From: Convolutriloba macropyga
Lineage: Eukaryota
DNA: 64,000 nt
Reading direction: 5' to 3'
Assembly (NCBI RefSeq): GCF_964194025.1
Contig: NC_134468.1
Span: forward strand, 20,460,001-20,524,000
The notes beneath the pieces are model-generated. The model saw nothing but the letters and a program-made list of their open reading frames with translations. It ran no database searches and was not told the origin of the DNA. Both the position numbers and the translations under genes were made by a program. How positions within the stretch are numbered: the first letter of the stretch is position 1; every line of letters begins with the position of its first letter. Below, in pieces: positions 10,340-20,827 of the stretch.

Positions 10340-10577
10340 GGTATAATTTGAAATATTCTAAGAGGGAAAGGTATTTTTTCAGTGTCTCTATTTCTGTTTC
10401 AGTACAGGTAACTTGTTGCTTCCTTAGCACAGTTTGACCACGGGTATCAACTTTCTCTTCTTTAACAAATGAAACGGTTAGCTGTTCTTCAGCCGTTATG
10501 TAACTGTAAACTGTCAAATTTGGAGACAAATTCACTTGAAGGAGAGATGGAGTTGATTTTTCCAAACGACGACTCAT
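10248..10577 (-). CDS. Hypothetical Polinton protein, possibly divergent PC4-like fold
   Basis: LSPNLTVYSY..LTVSFVKE..QQVTCTETEIETL pattern. Confidence 0.45.
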   Translation of the reverse strand: MSRRLEKSTPSLLQVNLSPNLTVYSYITAEEQLTVSFVKEEKVDTRGQTVLRKQQVTCTETEIETLKKYLSLLEYFKLYHVYSRESAKSETNPFTYAQACSTSSDISNR

Positions 10578-11073
10578 TCGTTAGCCACTGGTAAAACAAT
10601 TTGGCCTTCTTACTAGCACAATGTCTACTTCATTGTCGTTTGGGACAACTTACCGCATGTAATTCACAAATTGGTATGTCGCGATATAATTTTAGGTTTT
10701 CAACCTTTGGACATAACAACGTCTCCAAATTGATAACGTCTCTTTGGAATAACTTCTTCAAAGTGTCCGCCTTTTCAGTTCCTTTTGCATAAAATTCGGC
10801 AAACGGAAAACGAAGTTTGATGCTTTGAATAATTTGTTGCAAATAGCAATAGGGGTAATCTCCGCTCTCCCAAGCCAAACCATGAAGAAATTTTGAAACC
10901 CACTGGTAAGACTTTTGTTCACTTGAGGAAAGTATATTGAATGAACTTGGGGGTAGGAAAGAAACTGTATCGCTTTAATTATGAGAACACACAGAAAGCT
11001 CTTTGATTATAAAACCCGATTTCTTTTGTCGAAAGCCTTCAATATCAAGAACAACTGGTCGCAGTTTCAACAT
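10489..11073 (-). pseudogene. DEDD/DnaQ-like nuclease-fold protein, two premature stops
   Basis: From ATG 11073: MLKLRPVVLDIEGF..FIIKELS..N*..HGLAWESG..YAKGTEK..INLETLLCP..CELH..Q*SRHCA, in one frame to TGA at 10489. Confidence 0.7.
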
Positions 11074-11480
11074 TCCAATAAACTGAACAAATTTTTCTTA
11101 AATGTCTTCACATAGAGACAGAAAGCTATTCCTGTGACGTGACCGAGAAACTCATTTGTGACTGGACAGGGCAATACGTAAGAATAACCTGGCCCTTTTT
11201 CGCTGTGTTCAAAGACAAAACCGGAAGCGTCATGGAGAATAGCATGCAACCTTAAAATTTTGTAAGCTTTGAAGTATTTGTCAAGTGTAGAATTGTCAAT
11301 ACCAATGAGCCCACCATAGGGTCTTAACTTCAATGCAATATCCAAATCAAGATCAGGATCCAAGTAAAAACAAGTTGCTAAGAAATACAGATACCTTTCA
11401 CTATACCCTGAATATTCTTTCTTCACTTGCTGGTATAACTCGTGAATACTTTTCAAATCTACCGTTGCAATTGTTGCCAT
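11067..11480 (-). CDS. Putative phospholipase A2-like protein
   Basis: PYGGLIGIDN glycine loop followed by HAILHD (His-Asp dyad) and GPGY. Confidence 0.5.
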   Translation of the reverse strand: MATIATVDLKSIHELYQQVKKEYSGYSERYLYFLATCFYLDPDLDLDIALKLRPYGGLIGIDNSTLDKYFKAYKILRLHAILHDASGFVFEHSEKGPGYSYVLPCPVTNEFLGHVTGIAFCLYVKTFKKNLFSLLEC

Positions 11481-11690
11481 TGGGCGCTCCCCTGAGAAAT
11501 GACACTTGAAACCTATTCACCCAGTTTTTGTTGTATAGGGAAGAGATAGAAACATAGAAAACAAAAATATTGAGAAATTGCATTTTAATTCAACCAATCC
11601 TATTCCCACTGTTAAGGTTTTCAACGGTGACCCATTTAACTCCCCCCTCCATCTTTCCACCCCTATACTGTTATGACCGCTTAGGATAAT

Positions 11691-12130
11691 CCCCTTTATT
11701 CCCATGTTTATTCATCGTTAAAATACCCACTTGAAATAATCCCCTATATTCCCATGTTTAAGTATCGTAAAAAATACCCATTTAAAAACCCCCTATATTT
11801 CCATGTTTAAGTATCGTATTATTACCCACTCAGCATAAGGCCCTATATGCACACGTTTATGATCCCAGGAATGCCAACTTGGGATCACTCTCTATATTCA
11901 CATGTTTAAGTATCGTAAAAAAAATACCCTCCTAAAAAACCCCCTATATTCCCATGTTTAAGTATCATAAAAGACCCAATTAATGTCATCCCCTATATTC
12001 CCATGTTTAATTACCACAAGGATTACCCTCTCACCATAACCCCCTGAAATCACATATTTTTGATCCTAGGAATTCCCACTCATTATCACTCCCTATATTC
12101 CCATGTTTAGTATCGCATGAATACCCCCCC
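11691..12130. repeat. Subterminal tandem array, nine ~50-bp units with 4-unit higher-order structure
   Basis: Core CCCCTATATTCCCATGTTTAAGTATCGT at ~11691, 11741, 11790, 11841, 11891, 11941, 11990, 12041, 12091. Confidence 0.92.
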
Positions 12131-12610
12131 CCGCTCTTAACGCTCTTATTATTTACTACTGTCCCGTTTTAAAGTGGGGGAGGGGGGTAAATAGGTGGGT
12201 TGGGGGACAGGTTGGCATGGGTGCAGGAGTGTGCTGGTGGTGGTGAGGGGGGACAGGTAGGCGTGGCGAGGCAGGTAGGTGGGAGTGTGCGGTAGTTGTG
12301 AGGAGCGACTGTTACGTAAAGAAAACACCTTGAATAATACCAGCAGTTCCTTATTACTATATATTAGAAACTAAGATACTGTTAAAATCCAATATTCGAA
12401 AAAAGAAGTCAACGTTCCAAAACAGAAGTAATGTTCAGAAACGAAGAAGTTCACGTCATATATTTGCTTCAGGTAAAAAACCTGTAGAATACCGATACAA
12501 CTCGTCCGAAAAAGATCGAAGGACTAATATAATTGCTACAAACCTCATTTGAGAGCAACTACACATTCAGGATACTTCCATAAATCTTAGTGATAAACAA
12601 TTATGCCTAC

Positions 12611-12777
12611 TTGTAAACAATGGGTCCCGCCTGCTTTACAATGGGCTTGGCCCCACTGGACATGATTTTATCAGCATTTGTGACATTGAACAGGTAGAAA
12701 CTCATGTAGAGCGGAGTGTCACTGGAGGGAGCCACCCACAAGTCAAACACTGCCGAGTCATTTACCAGATAGGCTTC
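12611..12777 (-). CDS. CD36/scavenger receptor class B family, coding exon 2
   Basis: AG|EAYLVNDSAVFDLWVAPSSDTPLYMSFYLFNVTNADKIMSSGAKPIVKQAGPIVY|GT; FYxFNVTN..KP.V.Q.GP is the CD36-family signature; phase 0 in, phase 2 out. Confidence 0.92.
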
Positions 12778-12952
12778 CTAAACAACACATTCATCGCGTC
12801 ATTATCATGTCAGCATTAAATAATAAATCAATTAACTGTCATAGGATTCGCAAAACTAATTAAATCACGCAATCCCACAACAGTTAATTTCTGATTGAAT
12901 TTCTCACAATCAAGGCATCAAGCTATCTGTAAATGAACTCACACAATCGGAA

Positions 12953-15686
12953 TTTTGTTCCAACCCCACTTGTGGGGGGAGGGGGGAAGGAACTATATAC
13001 TCAAATGGGTTTTTTGTTTGTTCAGACAATTTTTGGCCTATCGATATATTCATCGTAGAGAAATGTGAGTGGTATCATTAAAAAGCTCGCCCAGCGTAGA
13101 ATTCGAAATTAATTTTTTTTTTTGAATTTCGCTTTTTTCGACGAGTTGTTGAGGTTGTGTTTCATGTTTGGTCCACTTTTGTTCACTTTTACTGAAATTT
13201 TTGTTCGAATTAACAATTTTTCTATAAAAAATTTAATACAAATTTACATTTCACGCTACAAAATGCATCAATTTGTTCCTAATAGACAATGCGATTAATA
13301 AGACTAGTTCAAGTCTCATAGGGAAATTTACTAAAAAAAAAATTCGAGTTCTATTTGAGAGCTGTTTTTTTAGAAAACTTTTTACATTTTTTTTGTTTTT
13401 TTTTTAAGTCACTAGGAGAATAGTCACCTTTCATATCGAGCTTCCGTTAATGACAAACCTCACTTACAGTCCAATGATGCCCAATGAACAAAAAAATAGC
13501 TTTCAAGGAATTGCTCATTTTTTTGATTTCGACTCGTAATTTTTAAAGAAATTTGATTTTTTTTGAGATTTTACTGAACTTTTCAAGTCCTATGGCATAG
13601 ACATGTTGACTAAAGGTGCAATAGTCTTCCTAAAGAGCGTTAATATCTAGTGCCTTGAGTGGGCAGCTAATGGCTTAAGACTTTGAAAATAATTTTTCGA
13701 AAAAATAATTATTGAACGTCAACCGATCTTAAACTTAGTTTTGTGAACTGTAAGTCAATCTCAGTAACCACAAGAACCCAGCATTTTCTACTGCAACCAC
13801 AATTAACCTGGTTAGCGGTTTTATCTTCAATTATTGGTTTAATGACTTCGATGCGACAAGTTTTCAGAGAATGTTCATGGATTATATGGCTTCGTCTTTC
13901 GTCTCGAACTTTACTGAATTTTTGGTTTTTGCCTGTATTTGTTATTGTTTTGGCAGTCATAAGACATATTCTGATGTCTTATTGACGACTGGTGTACAAC
14001 AGCATTCTATTCCCATTGAGGCATAACATAGCGTATTTATTGACTTCCATTGAAAGATATTGAATTTAATGGCATTGATACTACGGATTTTCTCAATGAT
14101 TTCGTGGTTTTAAAAAATTGTTCATATTTGTTGATTTTTTCAAGTCTTATAGTTCAACAAAAGAAGAATCCTGTTGTTAAAAAATTATTTGAAAAAAAAA
14201 TTTCAACAGAAAGTTTATTTTTAAATGACTTCGACATTTTTCTCTCATTTTTTTATAAGTAGTCGTAAAATGCTGACAGGTTTCATAAGCGGATTGAAGT
14301 TTCTAATTGCGGATTGAATTATTCATATTACTCTAAGCAATCAGTTCATAACGAATAGTCTTAAAGTTAAGGATATTATTTGTTTTCAATTTTTTTATTT
14401 CAGTTTTTGTTGTTCTTTTCGTCAACTTGTAACTTGTTGTCATCATTGAGAGTCCCCATCCAATTCCTTGTAATTCAAAAATTAAACATCCTATTGATAT
14501 TATGTCATAACTGATGTCATAACAGAGCTCAATTATTTCCGAACGAGGCCCAAGTGAACTTATTTAATGGTTCAGTATAATTTTAGCTCAATTAGTATAG
14601 ATAACAATTGAAAAAAACCTACAAATGTCGGAAGAATTGCTCTTCAACGACAGGCGAGGCTGTAGCTGTTAATTCAGGGGCTGTAGCCTAATCAATTTTT
14701 CTTTATGGGTGCAAAAAAAACTTTCCCCGCCCGGGATTCGAATCATTGACCTCCCGAACAGTGACCCCAAGCACTTCCAACTGGGCCATCAGAACCTTAT
14801 TCTTGCTGTGCTCAACCAATTTATATTAGCAACAAGCTTTACTTCGGTGTGAGAGCAATAGAGATCACTCAAAAATGAAGAACGAAAGCGTGAAAAAGTC
14901 ACTTGAGAAGTCAACGAATGTTCTAGAAGAAAAGTGCAAACTTGTCGAGCAAAAAATTTGCACAAAAAAGACACACGTTTACAATAATTGCTATGAACTT
15001 CGTTCAAGGGCAATTAAAAACAATATTCAGATCAAAGCTAATGATTTTAATGGCTTCAATAATTTGTGTTTTCGCAGATTGTTTGTAATTTCTTGATTCT
15101 TTCTGCATCTTTACCCCGTTTCTAAGGCTTAGTCTAACCGAAGACAGGTCCTACCAGTTTCGTAAAGACGTTTTAGTAAATTTAACTAGATTTATTTTGT
15201 TAAAAGCTAATGAGTTTTAAGACGTTTGAAATAACTTGGTTTAAAAAATGTTGATAGATTTTTGAATTTCGCCTTATTAATTTTCATTTTTACTTTTTAC
15301 CTAGTCTCAATAAGGAAAACTCCCATCTGCTGTATAGGTAAGATAAAAAGAAAATCTGTGCAGTTAAGCTTTTACCTGATTGCATTTTGACGTTGTTTAC
15401 TAGGTTCTTTTACATTTAGATATTGAGTTTTTTTGCAGTTACTTTTTTTAAATTTGCTTACTTTGTGTTTTTTCTCGTAGTCTTTTTATTGGCAGATGTC
15501 GTGAGCGCTGTAATGAGGCATGGCATTATGTAATTCAATTAGTAGTTTGGGTGTGCAACGATTTTTATAAACTCAAACATCTATTTTTGGTTATCTCTTT
15601 TGGTTGACAATTAAATCAAAAATGTAGATCAGCTCGGGTCGGAACATCATGCGCAAAAGCACATTAACGAGCCTCCTTGTTAATTT
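12953..15686 (+). mobile_element. Helentron-type non-autonomous element (HINE/DINE-1-like), family A, copy 1
   Basis: 5' TGTTCC..CCCACTTGTGGG..GGAAC hairpin; 3' subterminal IR GGGTCGGAACA followed by stem-loop ATTAACGAG-cctc-CTTGTTAAT; colinear with 16912-20031. Confidence 0.7.
14611..15016 (-). mobile_element. HINE family B carrying a tRNA-derived segment, nested in family A copy 1
   Basis: Subterminal IRs AATTGCTCTTCAACGA / TCGTTCAAGGGCAATT; absent from family A copy 2 at ~19365; minus-strand A box TGGCCCAGTTGG and B box GATTCGAATCC at ~14724-14796. Confidence 0.75.
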
Positions 15687-16087
15687 GCGTTCCAATGGAC
15701 CCACACAAACGAGTCATCAAATAATTCCAAAACATCTCCACAATCAGGTACTAATTTATTCCTGAACAATCAGGATTTAAAAAAAATTAGACAAAATTTT
15801 ACACAATGTTTCTCGCAGGCTCGACTAATAATTATCTTTCCCGGTATACCTGCTATGAATCCTGAACCGGTCAGATGCATTTTGCATTATTGCTTCTCAT
15901 CATAATCAGTAAAAACCTGTCTTTGCCTTTATGATTTTTCCTGAGATTGAAATTGCAGTTACTTAGTATTTTTATACAGCTTTCGATATCACCTTTAAAC
16001 TATTGATTGCAAGTGTTCGTCTGTATCAAAAAACGTTTAAGCATTCTGAAACATTCTGATATAAGCCTTATTCAATCTACTGCAGAC

Positions 16088-16219
16088 CTTATTGTAAACG
16101 CGTTTGACCACGAATGGAAACGAGAAGAGAGCGAGGCATCCTGCCACCAGGAGGACACTAGCAATGCAAGCAAGGCACACTGCCGAAGATCTTCTCGATC
16201 CAACTGCAGCTGGTGCCAT
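16088..16219 (-). CDS. CD36/scavenger receptor class B family, coding exon 1 (N-terminal TM anchor)
   Basis: MAPAAVGSRRSSAVCLACIASVLLVAGCLALFSFPFVVKRVYNK|GT, 44 codons, phase 0, joins in frame to exon 12611-12777. Confidence 0.85.
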
Positions 16220-16911
16220 ATCAATACCTGAAACAAATTGTATATTATCAGCTGATGAAGATCTCGGTTAAAATAATAATCGAAGTAATGAACAGCACTA
16301 GCACGTGATCAAAAGAGCGCCAAAATTAATCTATGATCAATGACCATTGATTGTGCGATAGCTCTATAATTAACATTACCACACGATTGTTACCGCCATC
16401 GCGGTGAAGCTGATTTGCTGAATATCTTCGAGAGGGCACTAGCAACCGTGTGACAATATTTCAAAATTATCGTGGCGATTACAGCAGAGCTTTCACTACC
16501 CAATGCTTTTGACATTAATTTTGTAACACAAATCTGGACAGAAAGAAACAACATTTTATTGTTTCTCTAAAATAAACATCAATTATCTTAGCAATTTTAA
16601 AAAGTACGTTGTGGCAAAAAAGGACGATAAAATGGTCATTTAAAAATGTATACAGTATATACAAATATATGTATCTTTATTAGCTAACTGCTCCCGAGCG
16701 AAATTTGAAACAAATTTTGTAAGTCGCTTTTTCATGCAGACATGTTGCGTGACCCTATGACTTGTTTTAAATTTATATTCCTGACAACTGTTTTCTGTGA
16801 ACTCAAATGTTCTCATTTAAAGCTTTTGAGCAACAGAATTCAACTGGCAGCAGTTTGGTAGAAGGCTAAAATCACCAAAATGGCTTTTCCACCAATCTAT
16901 TTAGTGGTCTA

Positions 16912-19900
16912 TAATTGTTCCGACCCACTTGTGGGGGGAGGAACTATATACTCAAATGGGTTTTTTTTGTTCCGTCAATTTTGGCCGATCGATATATTCA
17001 TCGTAGAGAAATGTGAGCGGTATCATTTAAAAGCTGTTCCAGTGTAGAATTCATAATTAAAAGATTTTTTTGAATTTCTTTGTTTTCGAGGAGTTATCGA
17101 GGATTGAAGTTTTGTGTGAACACGGGATATTTGACATGATTTTAATCACTTTTAGTGTAATTTTTCTTCAAATTAAGATATTTTCTTTATAAATAGTTTT
17201 TCAAATTTACATTTCATGCCACAAAATGAACCAATTGTGTGTTCCTAATAGACTGAAGGCGATACAAAAGACTAGTTCTGGTCTCATAGGGAAGTTCACT
17301 ATAAAAAAAAATCGAATTGTTTGAGAGCTCTTTTTTCAGAAAACTTTTCAGTTCTTTTTTTGTTTTATTAAGTCACCAAGAGACTAGTCATTTTTCATAT
17401 CGAGGTTCCATTAACGACAAAAACCTCATTTAAAGTCAAATGAAAACCAATGAAACAAAAATTCGTTTTCAAGGAATTGCTCATGTTTTCTTTTGGCTTC
17501 GACACTGAATTTTCGTAATTTTAAATGAAAATTTGATTTTCTTTTTGAGGATTTACTATTTTTTGGAGTCCCACGGAAGAAACTCACTAACTTATTAAAT
17601 GTGCAATATTCTCCGTAATGAACATATCTAGTGCTTTGAGTGGACAGCTATTGGCTGTTAAGACTAAGAATAATTTTTCAAAAACTTTTTTTGAACATTA
17701 ACCAAACTTATTTTTGTGAACTGTAAGACAGTCTCAGTAAAGACAGGACCCTCTTCCTTCCTATTGCAACCAGTTTTTATCTTGTCAGCGGTTTTATCTA
17801 CTAACTATTGGATATATGACTTCAAGGACACAAGATCTCATTTTTTTTAATTTTTAAGGTTATTTTCGTATTATTGGTTACTTTTGAACTCATATTACAT
17901 TATCCAAATATTGATAGCTCCCATTTGCTTAAAAATACGTTCAGTGGATCACTGATAAAGTTTTCAGAGAAAAGCTTATGGTTTAACCGGCTTCGACACT
18001 TCTCGCACTTTTCTACCGAATTTTTGTATTCTGCCTGTTTTTGTTGTTGTTTTCATAGTCATAAGACTTATTGTGATGTCTTATCAATTACCTATGAATG
18101 ACAAACGTCATTGTTCTCACATCGGTTTATAATTGAGCGTATTTAATGACTTCCGATGAACGCTAGTTATTTCAATGGCTGTTAAGACTTTGAAAGTAAT
18201 TTTTCTGAACATTAACCAATCTTTAACTTTTTTTGTGAACTGTTAGTCAGTCTCAGTATTAAAAGGACCCCCTTATGTTCTACTGCAAACAAAATAAATC
18301 TGGTTTCCGATTTTATCTTCTACCTAATAGTTTTCAGACTTCAAAACCACGGGTTTTCATAATTTTTCTAATTTCCCGGAACTTTTTCTTATTTTTGGTT
18401 CCTTTTGAAATCTTATTACATTAACCTTATACTGATAGTTCCCATTGGTTTGGGGAAGAAGTTCAATGGATCACAGACAAAGTTTTCAGAGTAGAGCTTA
18501 TGATTAAAATTGCTTCGACACTTTCTTCAGGCACTTTAATACTGAATTTTTCGTTTTTGCCTGTATTTGTTGTTGTTTTCATAGTCAATGACGTGTTGTA
18601 ATGGTTTATTGATGAAATATGAATGGCAAACAACCTTGTCGTCCTATCAATTTAGCGCACTTACTGGCTTCCCCTTGAAAGCTATTGAATTTTATGGCGT
18701 TGACACTGAGTTTTCTCAAAAATTTCGTGGTTCTAAAGTATTTGTTCACATTTGGTGATTTTTTGAAGTTAGCTTGTTAAAAAAGAAGAATCCCATTGCT
18801 GAAAAACAAAGTTGATTAAAACTCGACGAGTTTTTATTGAAAAGTTCACTTTTTAATACCTTCGACACTTTTCTCGCACACATTTTTTTCTTGAATTTGC
18901 TGTTTTTTCCTGTTTTTTTGTTCTTTAGGTAGCCGTAAATTGCTGACCGGTCGCAAAAGCTTGTATTTAAGATTGAATGAATGATGTTACCCGAAGCACT
19001 CAGTTTATAACGAATAGTCCTAAAGTTTATGATATACATTCTAAATTTTTTAAAACTTTTCAGTTTATGTTTATTCTTTTCGTCATCTTGTAACTTATTT
19101 TCACCCTTGAGAGATCCCGTCCAATTTCTTGTATTGCAAAAAATAACAAATCTACTTATTTGATTTGTCACTGGCGTTTTGTTTGTTGTACAATATGCAA
19201 ATTTATAAAAGTTTTTTGAGTGGTGAGTTTTAATTCTTTTTCTCTTCTCTCAACACAATCGCGTAATAACAGATCCCAAAGGTTTTCAAATGTTACTCAG
19301 GCAAATTTAGTTAATATCTCAGTTAAATCGTTTAGCTGAAATAGTAGAAATAACAATTGAATTAAAAGTACATAATATTCAGATAATAGCTAATGACTTA
19401 AATGGTATCAATAATTTGTGTTTTCGCAAATCGTTTGTAATTCTTTGAGTTTTTCTGCATCTTTAGTCCGTTTCTAAGGCTTAGTCTAAACAAAGACAGT
19501 TTTTTTGGTTTTGTTATAATTTTTTTGTAATTTGCCAAGGTTTATTTAGTTAAGAGCTAATGCTTTGTAAAACTTTTGAAATTTCTTGGTATAAAAAAAC
19601 ATTGATTAATTTGAATTTCGCCTCATTATTCGTTCTCTTTGTCGACTTGTTACCTAGTCTCAATAAGAAAAATTTCCATCTGCTGTATAGTTAGGAAAAA
19701 GTAAGTTTGTGTAGTTAAGGTTCTGTGTGACTGCATTTTGACGTTGTTACTAGGTGCTTTTAAATTCTGATATTCAGTTTTTGCCTTGAAATTTTTGTTG
19801 ATGCAAATTTTGTTGTTTGTTTTTTTTCTCGTAGTCTCTTTAACGGCAGGTCTCGTTGGCGCATTTATGTAATTATGTAATTCAAGTAGTGATTAGATTG

Positions 19901-20031
19901 TGTAACAATTGTTTTAACCTCAATTATCTATTTTTGTTATATCGTCATTTGGTTGACAATTTAGTAAATGTTGATAAGCTCGGGTCGGAACATCATGTGC
20001 GAACGCACAATAACGAGCCTCCTTGTTAATA
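16912..20031 (+). mobile_element. HINE family A, copy 2, with internal ~500-bp tandem repeats
   Basis: Starts TTGTTCCGACCC and ends GGGTCGGAACA plus TAACGAG..CTTGTTA stem-loop; internal unit repeated at ~17650 and ~18175. Confidence 0.7.
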
Positions 20032-20483
20032 ATATCATCAAAATTGGTTATCCAATTCGGGCAAAAGGTGTCAGTTTTTTAGATATAGCATATTATTCAA
20101 TTCCAGTTAAGTTTTATACTTTAAACAACCGAATCGCAATATTCCCATCTCCTCTTTTAAATGAATTTTGTGAATAGAATCTTGATTTCGCATAGGATGC
20201 TATTTCATGCTGACTACTCACAGAATTTATAAGAGTACCCAGGTAAATTTTCACCGTCGAGATGACCACCGACTAGACTTTCAGAGATGTCTTTGTTTCA
20301 ATTGAAATTAAAAGCATTCAAAACTGAATCGTCATAAAGGGAAAATAATCTCTAATTATTTGTTGAATCAAGAGCAAAATTGTCCGAAATAATACATGCA
20401 CACCAAAAACTGTAGATCGAATTTTTACAAATAAAAATTGATTTTTCAAAAATTACAAATTAGCCTTTTAAAGAATTAAACAT

Positions 20484-20827
20484 AAACCGACTAACGTCGA
20501 GCCAATTGCTGTCGAACGACTGGCAAGGCAAACTATTTAGAAGGAGGCGTAAGCTGAAGAATCTTTTCATGGTGCAAAAATTTTTTGAGGCGAGTTGCGT
20601 ACATTAACCAATACGCTATGAGGGCTATGTACGGTCATCACTCACAATCGGTTTTATTTTAGCACACTTGATTTCGGAATGCTCGCAATTCACCACTCAG
20701 GAGATCAAAAGTAAGGGGTGAAAAAGTCGTTAGAGAATTAAAATCGAAAAAATGTAAATCAAAAAGTATGCACAAAAAAGATACGTGTTTACAATAATTG
20801 CTTCAAACTTTTCGTTCGAGGGCAATT
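20484..20827 (-). mobile_element. HINE family B, diverged copy
   Basis: CCGAC..GTCG hairpin, AATTGCTGTCGAACGA / TCGTTCGAGGGCAATT inverted pair, shared ACGTGTTTACAATAATTGCT end. Confidence 0.6.

Larger units (their letters stand above)
1340..12358 (-). mobile_element. Polinton/Maverick (adintovirus-type) endogenous viral element, decayed; left boundary uncertain
   Basis: Co-oriented block of protease, MCP, core protein, penton, rve integrase and A32 ATPase genes. Subterminal 50-bp array. Right end ...TTATTACT (AGTAATAA on minus) fits Polinton 5'-AG termini. No matching left TIR or pPolB gene in the window. Confidence 0.93.

Noticed and set aside
11691-12130. CRISPR-like repeat/spacer look of the 50-bp array
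   Set aside because: The variable parts are related to each other (shared TACCC, 4-mer HOR), repeats are degenerate, there are no cas genes and the context is eukaryotic.
14724-14796. Functional tRNA genes here and at ~25676-25745 and ~48395-48465
   Set aside because: A/B boxes are present, but acceptor and anticodon stems do not pair well and all lie inside repeats.
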